Of a DNA stretch of 64,000 bases, positions 54,400 to 64,000 are shown one piece after another. This DNA is from Vulcanimicrobiota bacterium (lineage in GTDB: Bacteria > Vulcanimicrobiota > Vulcanimicrobiia > Vulcanimicrobiales > Vulcanimicrobiaceae): NCBI GenBank assembly GCA_963723515.1, contig CAVRQT010000003.1:192001-256000 (forward strand), given 5' to 3'. The translations under genes were made by a program, and so were the position numbers. Within the stretch, counting starts at the first letter, position 1. Each line of letters opens with the position of its first letter. The notes below the pieces were generated by a model that saw only the letters and a program-made list of their open reading frames with translations, did not search any database and was not told where the DNA came from.

Positions 54400-55700
54400 T
54401 GCGCAGCGCCCGCGCTCTGGGCGCCATCGCTTTATGTGCCGGCCTCACGCTGGCGCTTCTTTCGAACGTTCAACGGCCTTGCGCGGCGGCCGTCGAGCGA
54501 ACGCAACTGCCGAACGGCAGCGCGCTGATCTTGCGGCGCGACGCTGCCGTACCGATGGTGGCGATCGAACTGTGGTATCGCGCTCCCTCGATCGGTTTCC
54601 ACGCGCCAATTGTCGGTTTATCACGCTACGCCGCAACGGCGATAGCGGCGTCAGCGCAAGGGCGTTCGCTTTCGCTAAGTCAGCTGATCAAGAGTTTGGG
54701 CGGCCGCTTTGTGATCAACGCCTATGCAGACGCCGTTTCGATCGCCGCATCGGTTGCGGCAAACGATCAAAGCCGCGTCTTTCGCGCGTTGACGCAAGCC
54801 TACTTTACCCCGCAGATCTCAGCGCAAGGAATGCGTGCGGCACTGCGTGAGGTCGCGGTCGCCGGCACGCAGCAGCAGCTCGATCCCCAGGCGACGCTGC
54901 ACGATGCGCTCTTCGCGCAATTGTTTACCGGCGGCCCGGCCCACTACGCCGCGGTTCCTGTGAGTGCCAATGCGCTCACACACGTTTCGCCCACCGAGCT
55001 GAAATCGTTTGCGGCGCGCGCGTTTCGATCGACGAATGCGATCGTGACCGTCGCCGGCGACGCAGCCGGCAACGTCGCGCCGGAAGTTACCGGCCGGCGT
55101 TCCGGTCTGGCGATGGAGAATCCGGTTGACTCAATTCGGGCGTCCGGGCCAACGACGACGAGCCGGTCGTACGGCGAAGACGCGATCGGCTATGCGTGGC
55201 TCGGCCCACCGATCCGTGACGTGAAAGCAGCCACGGCGCTCGACTTTATCGCAGATTACCTCTTTCGCGCGGAGAGCGGAACGGTTGCACGAATGAGCCG
55301 CAACGATGCACCGGATTCCTTTCTGTCCGGCCAATTTATCACACTGCACGATCCGGGTGTGATGGTCGTTGACATGTCCGGCAAGCAACTCGATCAGCTT
55401 CAGGCGCATGTCGACGACCAACTTCAGCAGATCAAACGTCCGCTGGCGCAGCATGCGTTCGACCAAGCACGCGTCGCATTCGAATACCACATCTTGACCG
55501 ATACGGAATCACCGCTCGCGATGGCTGACAATTTCGGGTGGTACGCCGTGGAGGGCGATCCGCTTTACGCGCCGAGTGACGACGGCGCGAAATACTTGCA
55601 GACGATGCAGTCGCTTGATCCCGGCTACGTTGCGCGCATCGCGCAACAATATCTCGGCACGCCGACGATCGTGCGGTTGCGGGCGAGCGCGCAGAAATGA
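54396..55700 (+). CDS. M16 (insulinase) family peptidase-like protein lacking HXXEH
   Basis: LPNG..L, P.VAI.LWY, signal peptide. Confidence 0.7.
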   Translation: MMRSARALGAIALCAGLTLALLSNVQRPCAAAVERTQLPNGSALILRRDAAVPMVAIELWYRAPSIGFHAPIVGLSRYAATAIAASAQGRSLSLSQLIKSLGGRFVINAYADAVSIAASVAANDQSRVFRALTQAYFTPQISAQGMRAALREVAVAGTQQQLDPQATLHDALFAQLFTGGPAHYAAVPVSANALTHVSPTELKSFAARAFRSTNAIVTVAGDAAGNVAPEVTGRRSGLAMENPVDSIRASGPTTTSRSYGEDAIGYAWLGPPIRDVKAATALDFIADYLFRAESGTVARMSRNDAPDSFLSGQFITLHDPGVMVVDMSGKQLDQLQAHVDDQLQQIKRPLAQHAFDQARVAFEYHILTDTESPLAMADNFGWYAVEGDPLYAPSDDGAKYLQTMQSLDPGYVARIAQQYLGTPTIVRLRASAQK

Positions 55701-57030
55701 AGGCCCGCTTTCAGAGCCGCACTCCTTATGCGTGAGCGCAGTGTCGATCGTATTGGCCGCCCTGCACCCGGCAAATGCGGCGCCCGTCATCACGCAAAGC
55801 GCCTATGACGGAGCCAGACTCGTTCAGCAGCCGGACCGGTTGAGCGCCTTGATCGGCATGCAGCTCTTCATACCGGCTGGACTCGACCGCCAAACGCCCG
55901 CGGAAAACGGACTGTCGGCGCTCGTCGCCGAGGACCTATTGACCACGCCGGTCGGGCCGGATCGAATGCCGCTGCGCGATGCGCTGCAGGCCGAAGGGCG
56001 GATCGATTACTTACAGCGTTGACGGGCGTTGGATCAGATATTACATCGAAGGGATCAAAGCGAATTTCGGATCGCGCTTGCTGCCGCTTTTCGAAGCGGC
56101 GTTAGCTCATCCGAGTTTCAACGATTCGGCGCTGCTGAGCGCACGCAACGAGCTCGACCGTAAGATCGCGGAGGATGAGGCCGTGCCGCTAACCGTCGGG
56201 CTCGAGATGCTGAACGGCGCATTCTTCACGCAGTCGGATGCGGGATTGCCGCCGTTTGGTTTGCCGGCAACGCTCGCGGCGCTTACGCCGCCCGATGCGC
56301 AACGCTTCTTCACAACGTATTACCGGCGCAACGGTGCCGTCGTCAGCGCGGCAGGCGGTCTCGACGCTTCAGCGCGGCGACGATTTCACTAAGTTGATCG
56401 ACACGTTGCCGGCCGGCAGCACGCGTCCGGTGGCAATCAAGGTGCCGAAGTTGCGTGGCACGCAGCGGCGGCTGGTCGCACAACGAGATATTGCGGTGCC
56501 CTGGCTGGTCGCGCAATTCCCCGCGCCGTCACTGCGCAGCCGAGACTTTGGGGCGATGCTCGTTTTGACCACGTTCTTGGAACGAACGGCATCCGAAGTG
56601 GCCGGCAATCCGACGATCACGACGATACCGTTTACGGATCGTCCGGCCGGGCGCGATGTACAACTTCGATCAGCAGCCGGCGAACGTTGTTCTCTTCATC
56701 AATGGTGGTTTCGGCGATCCGTCTCGACCTTTTGGAACGGCGCTTTCCGTCGTTCAGATTTTCGCCCGCAGCAAAATATCCGGTGATCTCAGCACGATGA
56801 AATCGATTGCCGCCGGAACGTACATCGATGCAGCGGGTTCACTCGAAGATCGCGCTTGGTTTGCCGGAGTCTTTGCTGCGCAAGGCGTCTCGCCCGACTT
56901 CCTCGCACGCGGATTGGATGCGATCCGGACCGTTAAGGCAGCGGATCTGCAGCGCGTGGCACGCGTTTATCTCGGCAATCCAAACGTCGCGCTGGTATTG
57001 CCGCGCGACGGCGCTAACCTTTCTAGCTGA
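55697..57030 (+). CDS. second M16-like protein (several frameshifts)
   Basis: PAG...Q...ENGLSAL, YYR.NG.VVS.AG, V.AADLQRVAR.YL. Confidence 0.65.
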
Positions 57031-58101
57031 ACGTCGCACTCGTCCATGATTACCTCAATCAGCGCGGCGGCGCCGAGCGCGTCTTCGCGCAGATCGCGCG
57101 GGCTTTTCCGGAAGCGCCGATCTACACGGCGCTTTTCGATGCACGCTTAACCGGCGATCTTTTTCCGGGGCGGACGATCAACGTTTCGCCGCTCGGAAAA
57201 CTTCCGGGCGTCAATCGCTACTTCCGCGCGTTGGCGCCGCTGTATCCGGCAGTTTTTGAAGCCTTCGACCTAAGCGCTTACGATACGATCGTCAGCTCGA
57301 CAACAGCCTGGGCGAAGGGTGTGCGCTTTTCATCAAGCGCCGTGCACGTTTCGTATATCAATACGGTCAGCCGCTTCGTCTTCGCCTACGATCGGCTACA
57401 CGAGCGGGTTCGCGCTGCGCAATCTCGCCCGGCCCGTCATCGCGCAACTCGCGCGGTGGGATCAACGAGCCGCGCAACGGCCCACGATGCTGATCGCAAA
57501 TTCGCACAACGTCGCGGCGCGAATTCGTACGTACTACGGGCGAGAGGCGGAGGTCTTGCACTGTCCGGTCGACCTCGATCGCTTCACCGTTGGAGCCGGC
57601 CGCGGCGATTACTTTGTCATCGCCTCGCGGCTCTTACCCTATAAGAACATCCAGATCGCGATCGATGCTTGCACCGCGGCCGGCGTTCCGTTATTGATCG
57701 CCGGAACGGGTCCGGCGCAATCAATGCTGCAGCGGCACGCGCGCGGTTCAACGACCACAATGCTCGGCTTCGTTGAGGACCGCAAGTTGAACGAGCTGCT
57801 TGGAAACGCGCGCGCTGCGATTGTTCCCGGAGAGGAAGATTTCGGATTGATTCCACTGGAGGCGGCCGCAACCGGAACGCCGACGATCGCCTTGCGCGCC
57901 GGCGGAGCGTTGGAGACGATCAGGGAGCATGAAACCGGTGAATTCTTCGATCGCCCGACGGCGGAATCGTTGCGCACCGTCCTCGATCGTTTTCAACGCG
58001 CCCGCTACGATCCTCAAGTGCTGCGCCGGCATGCCGAAAATTTCTCGCCTGCCATCTTCATCGAACGACTTCAGCAGCTTGTCGCAAGCGCTCGGCGATG
58101 A
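57027..58101 (+). CDS. GT4 glycosyltransferase (CTG start; frameshift near 57395)
   Basis: VALVHDYLNQRGGAERV, SSTTAWAKG, SRLLPYK, EEDFGLIPLEA. Confidence 0.88.
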
Positions 58102-59083
58102 TCTCGCCGGGTCGCGAGCGGTCGATCCGCGCAGCGCGCGCTAAGGATTCAGCGCGCAACGCCCCGCGTTGCTCCGAACTCGCTGCAATGGCCTTCATCG
58201 CTTCTTGCCATCGCCCCGCGTCGTCAAACGGCAGAAGGAGAGCCGCACCGTCGCATGCTTCGGGCAATCCGCCACGGTCTGCGGCCAGCACGGGTGCGCC
58301 GCACGCCATCGCCTCAACGGCCGGCAAACCGTAGCCTTCATCGCGCGATGGCATCAAAAGGGCGATCGCACCGCTGTATAGAGCCCGCAGCTCCTCATCG
58401 GACGGCGTCACGCGTTCGTACGCCATGGTGGCGCTACCCAGAATGCGCTGATCGGCGATCGAAAGCGTGCCGGCGATGATGAGCTGCACGTCGTGCTTTG
58501 GAAAGGCATGCGCAAATGCCCTGAAGAGCATCGCGGCATTCTTTCGTGCATCTGCGGCTCCGATAAAGAGAAAGTACGGCGCTCGCTCCGGCGGCGCGAC
58601 GGGAAACCAGAAGTTGGACGGCACCGGGCAGGCGATCGTCAAGCGTTCGACCGGGATGCTGAATTGCGCAGCGATCTCACGCGCGGAGAACTCTGAAACG
58701 GTCGTCAACGTCGTCGCCTCGTTGATGGCCCGGTTGATCGGGCGCTGCTCACGGCGACGTGCAAGCGGATTGCGGTGCGGATAGCTGAAGGCGAAGACGT
58801 CGTGAATCGTGGCCACGCTCCCGCCTGTTAAGCGGAAGCGCATGCCGTTCCACGGATACCACGTTGCATCGAACCGGCGGCGTCGCGCTTCGCCGAGCGT
58901 TATGCATTCAGCGCTCTGATTTACGACGCCCGCGATTGCGAAAAGTGCGCGCCGATCCCGAACGACGATCGTGACCAAGGCATCGTTCCGTGCGCTCAAC
59001 GTGTTCAGCACGATGCGCGCGTACCGCCCCATGCCGCGCCGATCCGTCGCGAGATTCAGCCCGTCGACCGCGATGCGCAGCAC
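58058..59083 (-). CDS. GT4 glycosyltransferase
   Basis: GMGRY, TIHD, RKN, EGYGLPAVEAMACG. Confidence 0.9.
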   Translation of the reverse strand: MLRIAVDGLNLATDRRGMGRYARIVLNTLSARNDALVTIVVRDRRALFAIAGVVNQSAECITLGEARRRRFDATWYPWNGMRFRLTGGSVATIHDVFAFSYPHRNPLARRREQRPINRAINEATTLTTVSEFSAREIAAQFSIPVERLTIACPVPSNFWFPVAPPERAPYFLFIGAADARKNAAMLFRAFAHAFPKHDVQLIIAGTLSIADQRILGSATMAYERVTPSDEELRALYSGAIALLMPSRDEGYGLPAVEAMACGAPVLAADRGGLPEACDGAALLLPFDDAGRWQEAMKAIAASSEQRGALRAESLARAARIDRSRPGEIIAERLRQAAEVVR

Positions 59084-59084
59084 G

Positions 59085-59843
59085 TCAGAAGGCGCTCTTC
59101 GGCGCGATAAAGAGCACGAGAAGCGTGAAGCCATTAAAGCAGGCGTGGGTGATCATCGACATCCATGCGTTTGTCGTCTTGATATAGACGTAGCAGAGAA
59201 TCAGGCCGCCGGCGGTGAGGGGGATCAAGAGAAACGGATCTTGATGCGCGACCGCAAAGAGGCCGCCGCTGACCAGCGCTGCTCCCGAAATCGGCAAGAA
59301 TCGCCGTGCTGCGTTAAAGATGAAGACGCGAAAGGTCAGCTCTTCCGTAATTGGCGCCGCGACCGTCACAACGAGCGTAAAGTACAGTGCAAGCCGGGGA
59401 TTGCGTATCGAGCGAAATATTTGCACCGCTTGCTGTTCGTGCCGCGCGTGCAGAATGGCTTGGACGAGTTGGCCAAGCGCGGCAACGACGACGATCATCG
59501 CCACCGCGCCAGCAAGCGCGACTGCGATTTGCCCGAAGGACGGCCATGTGAAGCCCAGTCGCGCAAACGAATCGCGCCAGAGTGCTCGCAAGATAAAGAG
59601 CACATACGGGGCCAAGAAGACGTAACCGAAAAGCTGCGCGGTCAGTAGCGACCAAAGACTGAGATGCCGCGCATTCAGCGACCCGTGGAACGCAACGATC
59701 AGAAGAAATCCGAATGCGACTCCGGCAATCGCGACGGGGACGATGCCGACCGCAGCGAGGACCGTCCAGGTTGCCTGCTGGCGATCAGTTGTGAAGGTGG
59801 TCGGCGAGGGCGGCGAACTGGGCGAGCTCGAGTTGTTCTCCAC
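59085..59843 (-). CDS. CPBP/Abi intramembrane metalloprotease
   Basis: APITEELTFR, FAVAH, HACFN. Confidence 0.9.
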   Translation of the reverse strand: MENNSSSPSSPPSPTTFTTDRQQATWTVLAAVGIVPVAIAGVAFGFLLIVAFHGSLNARHLSLWSLLTAQLFGYVFLAPYVLFILRALWRDSFARLGFTWPSFGQIAVALAGAVAMIVVVAALGQLVQAILHARHEQQAVQIFRSIRNPRLALYFTLVVTVAAPITEELTFRVFIFNAARRFLPISGAALVSGGLFAVAHQDPFLLIPLTAGGLILCYVYIKTTNAWMSMITHACFNGFTLLVLFIAPKSAF

Positions 59844-60631
59844 GGACCTCCGGACCTAAACCGATCGATCTGAGCGCCGACGATGTCCGAGCGGGCTCGA
59901 TGTTCAGAGCAAGCCGCAAGCTGTTCGCGAGCGTTTTGCGGCGGTACGCGAAGGCAGCGCGCGTGACCTGCAGCAAAAACCGCGCATCGCTCGTGCGAAC
60001 CGGCGGCTCGCCGTACCGAACCATCCGCACAATCGTTGAATCGACTTTCGGACGCGGGTAAAACGCCGCTGGCGACAGCGTGAACAGGCGCTCAACGCGC
60101 ATCGCGTATTGTACCGCAAGCGTTAAGCTGCCGTATGCGGACGTTGACGGCTTTGCCATGAAGCGGTCTGCAACGTCTTTTTGCAGCATGACGACCATTT
60201 GCTCGGGTCCGCCTGGCATTTCGATCAACCGCAGCAGCAACGGAGTGGCGATGTTATACGGGAGATTTCCCGTTACGCGCCACGGCCGTCCGCCGGCGAA
60301 GGCTTCGTAATCAAAGTGCAGTGCATCGGCTTGAACGATTTCCACCGCTGCGAGTTCCGGATCTGCGCGCAGCAGCCTGACGAGGTCCTCATCGATCTCA
60401 ATCGCCGTAACGGGAAAGATTCGCTTTGACAAGCGCAATCGTCAGCGCGCCTGTGCCCGCACCAATTTCGAGGACGGAAAAACCGCGGTCGCCGTTCGAG
60501 GGCAAGCCGACCAGAGTTGCGATCCGGCGGGCAGCGGATGAATCCAGAAGAAAGTGCTGCCCGAGGTGGCGTTTCGGCCGTGATCCGAGCGCGCGAAAAA
60601 TAGCGCGCGGATGTGTCGGCCTTAGCGCAAT
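59785..60631 (-). CDS. rsmA: 16S rRNA dimethyltransferase (frameshift near 60420; start uncertain)
   Basis: LGQHFL, VLEIGAGTGALT, EID, GNLPYNI, F.PRPKVDS, RRKTL.N. Confidence 0.93.
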
Positions 60632-61642
60632 CGGTACACCCTAACGGGTCGCCGTCCGAACTGCATCGCATCGCTGAGCGAATTGAAGCCCAAGTCGATG
60701 CGATTACCGACAATCGCCCCGCCGGTATCACCGGCAATCGCAAGACCGTAACCGGGAATGTACAGACGCGTGCCGAGCGGGATGACGCGCGGATCGACCG
60801 CGACGATACCGTGACCGGCTCGCGGACCAATTGCGGTGTAGCCGCTGCAACCGGCGCATTGCGCCGTGTATGCGGTGGCCATCATCGATATAGCGCTTGC
60901 CGCGATGTACGACGTCTTCTCTAGACCGAACTTCGCCATTTGCTCGAACGCGGCGTATTCGCCGATCCCGCGCGCGATAATTCGCGCTCGGGGTTTGCGA
61001 ACGATGCGCGTCGCGATGACGCGATGTTCTGTGACGCCGTCACGTTGTGTGAATCCGACAAGCGTCTCACGCTCCCCGCGACCGCCATGCGCGATGACCT
61101 TGGTTCTGCCCGGCGGCAGGCTGAAGACCAATCGTGTGATCGTCCGCGGCGTGATGGACTGCTGGGTCGCTTTCGTCCATTCGGCGATCCGGATAACGCG
61201 AATGCGCTCTCCCGGGACGAGCGCATCCGAAAACGGCGCCGACACTTCGTCATGCAGGCCGATGTCGACATTCTCGTTTTCAAGCAACGTGCCGACGTCG
61301 ATCGCCGAGGAGAGAACCGTCTTCGAGCCCTGTGAAGTAATGATCGTGACCGGCACCGCGGCGCGGTACGTGATCGATCGTATTATCTGCTACTGCGGTT
61401 GCCAACGATGGCGAAACGTAGTCTGCGTCGGTGACGCCGAGACCGCGTTCTTTGAGAAAGTCGCCGACGGTTTTCGCCGTCGTAACGTGCTGCGTCGTGG
61501 CCCCATTTGAGGTAAACGACACGATGTGTGAGATAACTGCCGCTAGTGAAGCGGCGGGGTGACTGATATTCCCGATCCACAGACCGAGAAAGAGAACGCT
61601 CGCGGCGAGCCAGCTCGCCTTTGAGTGACCGCGTCCTATCAA
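60622..61642 (-). CDS. YabE/RpfB-like cell-wall protein (DUF348-G5-3D; frameshift near 61370)
   Basis: RBS AAAGGAG with TTG start; TVGDFL.E repeats, G5-like segment, ATAY, VAVDPRVIPLG, AGDTGGAI.GNRID. Confidence 0.9.
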
Positions 61643-61649
61643 TCCAACT

Positions 61650-61862
61650 CCTTTCCTGGTACGACGGGCCCGCAAGGAAGCAGAGCGCGCTAAAAATCGC
61701 GCCGAGTGCAATGCGTGCACGCCTTTAGAGGTTAGTAGTGGTTGACGGATCCGTACGAGGAAACGCCATAAACCATGGGCGGCCGAGCCCCTGAAGGCTG
61801 CGGGCCATACCCTCTAGCGACGGGGCGCCGAAGCGCTCCCGGTAACTCCGGGCACTATAGCA
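61650..61862 (-). promoter_or_regulatory. extended -10 promoter and structured 5' leader of the yabE/rpf-like gene
   Basis: TGCTATAGT (61862-61854), followed by several hairpins including one with a cUUCGg loop. Confidence 0.5.
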
Positions 61863-61946
61863 CGGCCTCCGCGACCCGCCACTATGCCAAAAGTCGCCCC
61901 ATTTTGCCTGGAGCCATATGAAGACGACCGCCGGCGACATGGTTTA

Positions 61947-63101
61947 ATGAGGATGATGGAGTCCGCTCTGAAGGTCGGTTTCTTCACCGAATGCTACCGT
62001 CCGATCGTCAACGGAGTGGTCGCGTCGGTTGATGCGCTCGCCGACGGGCTGCGGCAGCGGCACCACGAGGTCTATTGCTTCGCTCCGCGAGCGCCGGGCT
62101 ACGCTGAGCGCCCTGGGCCGGTGTTTCGGATGCCGTCTTTGCCCTTGCCGGTGAGAACGCCGTACCGCTTGACGTTGCCGCTGGTCAGCCGCAAGAACCT
62201 CAATGGAATCATCAAGCGGCTATCGATCATCCACGCCCATTCGCCGTTCATCACCGGCTGGATGAGCGTCTGGTACGCCCGTCGTTTCGGCATTCCGCTG
62301 GTTTACACGTATCACACCCAACTCGAACAATACGCGCATTATGTGCCGTTCGATGCAACGGCGATTGCGCGGCTCGCTTCCCGGATCACGCGCTGGTATG
62401 CGAACGCCGCCGATGCGGTCGTCGTACCGACCGCCGCAATGGCCGATCGGCTCGTAGATCTGGGAGTTCGCAGCCGCATCGAAATCGTGCCGAGCGGCAT
62501 CGATTTGCAAGCCTTTGGCGCTGGGCGGCGACGCAAAGAGATTCGGGCGCAGCTCGGCGCCGAGGGAGAAGAACCGCTCGCCTTGACCGTGGGCCGTCTC
62601 GCACGCGAGAAAAACCTCGAACTGATGATCGACGCGCTCGCCGGCGAGCCGGCCTCCAAGGTCCGTCTGGCGATCGTGGGCGAAGGCCCGCATTCCGAAG
62701 CCTTGCGGCGGCATGCCGCGCAGCGAAATGTGGCCGACCGCGTTCGCTTCGTGGGGCACGTCGAGAGCTCGCTATTACCTGACCTGTATGCATCGGCAGA
62801 CGTATTTCTTTTCTCGAGCGTCACCGAGACGCAAGGTATCGTCTTGGCGGAAGCCTTAGCGGCCGGCTGTCCCGTCATTGCGGTCGAGACGCCGCAAACG
62901 CGTGAAGTGCTACACGATGCGGCCGCCTACGTACAAGACGATGCCGGCGAAATGGCGCGCGCATTAGCACTCGTCGCCTGCCCACCCGATTGCGCCTCGC
63001 GCGACCGCTCCAAGGCGGTCGCCATGCAGTTTAGTCGAGAAACACAAGCCGATCGGACGGCGGCATTGTACGAGGACTTGCTCGCCCGGCGCCGGACTTG
63101 A
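61947..63101 (+). CDS. GT4 glycosyltransferase (diacylglycerol glucosyltransferase-like)
   Basis: FTECY.P.VNGVV.S, HAHSPF, YTYHT, GRLAREKN, ETQGIVLAEA. Confidence 0.9.
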   Translation: MRMMESALKVGFFTECYRPIVNGVVASVDALADGLRQRHHEVYCFAPRAPGYAERPGPVFRMPSLPLPVRTPYRLTLPLVSRKNLNGIIKRLSIIHAHSPFITGWMSVWYARRFGIPLVYTYHTQLEQYAHYVPFDATAIARLASRITRWYANAADAVVVPTAAMADRLVDLGVRSRIEIVPSGIDLQAFGAGRRRKEIRAQLGAEGEEPLALTVGRLAREKNLELMIDALAGEPASKVRLAIVGEGPHSEALRRHAAQRNVADRVRFVGHVESSLLPDLYASADVFLFSSVTETQGIVLAEALAAGCPVIAVETPQTREVLHDAAAYVQDDAGEMARALALVACPPDCASRDRSKAVAMQFSRETQADRTAALYEDLLARRRT

Positions 63102-63126
63102 CTCGAACATACGTTCGATTTACAAT
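63098..63126 (+). promoter_or_regulatory. sigma70 promoter with LexA (SOS) box in the spacer
   Basis: TTGACT-17 bp-TACAAT; TCGAACATACGTTCGA at 63103-63118. Confidence 0.85.
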
Positions 63127-63132
63127 GGGTAC

Positions 63133-63573
63133 GTGATCTCCGTGAGGGCGAAAAAGCAATCGGCAAGGAGGATCCAAGCGGTGCTTGGATACAGCGCGGA
63201 TGACCTCGGGAACGGGCTGGCCTACGTCGACCTGCGAACCGCCACGGCGCAACGCGTTGCCCGGGTCGATTTTCCCGTGCACCGGATTCCGGCGCTGGTC
63301 GGACGCGAGGTCGGCTACGCTGCGTTGACTGAGGTTGCGAAACGGCTCGCCGACGCGGGCTTTCACGAAGCTTCCTTTAGAATACCGGATCATGACCTCG
63401 TCGACGACCTCGAGGGGACGGCCGAAGTGCCGGCGGCGCTCTCGTTGCCATACGTGAATCTACGCTGTCAACTGAACCGCTTTCAAACGGCCACGGTCGA
63501 GGCGGACGAGTCGGTCACAGAAGATCTTGCGGCGCGCGCGCGCGCAGAGGTAACGCTTCACGTAGCCGCTTAA
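63133..63573 (+). CDS. hypothetical protein, degenerate RNase H-like fold, probably leaderless
   Basis: REVGYAAL...L...G......DHDLVDDLEG...V...L..PY......L.RF resembles the RNase HI/RVT_3 pattern. Confidence 0.65.
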   Translation: MISVRAKKQSARRIQAVLGYSADDLGNGLAYVDLRTATAQRVARVDFPVHRIPALVGREVGYAALTEVAKRLADAGFHEASFRIPDHDLVDDLEGTAEVPAALSLPYVNLRCQLNRFQTATVEADESVTEDLAARARAEVTLHVAA

Positions 63574-63583
63574 CGACGCGTGG

Positions 63584-64000
63584 GTGCGCGCGTACCGCCG
63601 TCTAAAGCGAAGTACTCTTCCAACGGAAACGATCGCCTGCGCCAAGGCCTTAATCGGCGTCGTGCTCGTGCACGACCACAATCGCGTGCGGCTTGCCGGC
63701 CGAATCGTTGAAACCGAAGCCTACGTCCTCAAAGATCCGGCATCGCACGCTTATCGCGGGCGAAGCTCGCGAAATGCTAGCATGTTCCTTGCGCCGTTTC
63801 ATGCCTACATTTATAAGATCTACGGAACGGCGTTCTGCTTCAACGTGACGACCGAAAGCGAGATGGAAGGCGCGGCGGTCCTCGTGCGTGCTCTCGAACC
63901 GCTCGAAGGTATCCACATCATGATGGAGCGGCGCGGGAGAAGCTCACTTCGTGATCTCTGCCGAGGACCAGGACGCCTCTGCCACGCGCTCGGGCTCGAC
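63584..64000 (+). CDS. mpg: 3-methyladenine DNA glycosylase, AAG/MPG family (runs off window)
   Basis: Manual translation: GRIVETEAY, D.ASHAY.G...RN.SMF, AYIY.IYG, AVLVRALEP, GPGRLC. Confidence 0.93.
   Translation, partial: MRAYRRLKRSTLPTETIACAKALIGVVLVHDHNRVRLAGRIVETEAYVLKDPASHAYRGRSSRNASMFLAPFHAYIYKIYGTAFCFNVTTESEMEGAAVLVRALEPLEGIHIMMERRGRSSLRDLCRGPGRLCHALGLD

Noticed and set aside
61662..61685. SRP RNA-like motif CGGGCCCGCAAGGAAGCAG on the + strand
   Set aside because: The conserved CAGG is CGGG here, the flanking stems do not pair, and it lies antisense to the leader next to the RBS.

Overview
GC-rich bacterial chromosomal segment. Gram-positive-type gene orders (tilS-hpt-ftsH, yabE/rpfB-rsmA) and a GAAC-N4-GTTC LexA box occur together with outer-membrane beta-barrels, which suggests a diderm Terrabacteria lineage, plausibly Ca. 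Eremiobacterota (inference). Many genes carry single-base frameshifts, probably long-read or assembly indels. Left part: mixed metabolic genes (MgtE-like, carbonic anhydrase, suhB, MATE, kynU/kynA, ogt). About 9.4-30.7 kb: an accessory sulfatase region with two arylsulfatases, FGE, porins, DUF1345 x2, chromate transporters and a CYTH-like protein. Next come tRNA-Ser(TGA), a RES/Xre toxin-antitoxin pair, redox, lipid and glycan genes, and a core block (serS, moeA, smpB, tilS, hpt, ftsH, rsmA, mpg). Three signals are not explained by the ORF track. (1) A thioredoxin-fold/TPR gene at 44608-45180 has an in-frame TGA in a UGGC motif followed by a SECIS-like hairpin (candidate selenoprotein). (2) A LexA box sits inside a sigma70 promoter that drives a leaderless, degenerate RNase H-like gene upstream of mpg. 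(3) A roughly 200-nt structured leader lies upstream of the Rpf/YabE-like gene.
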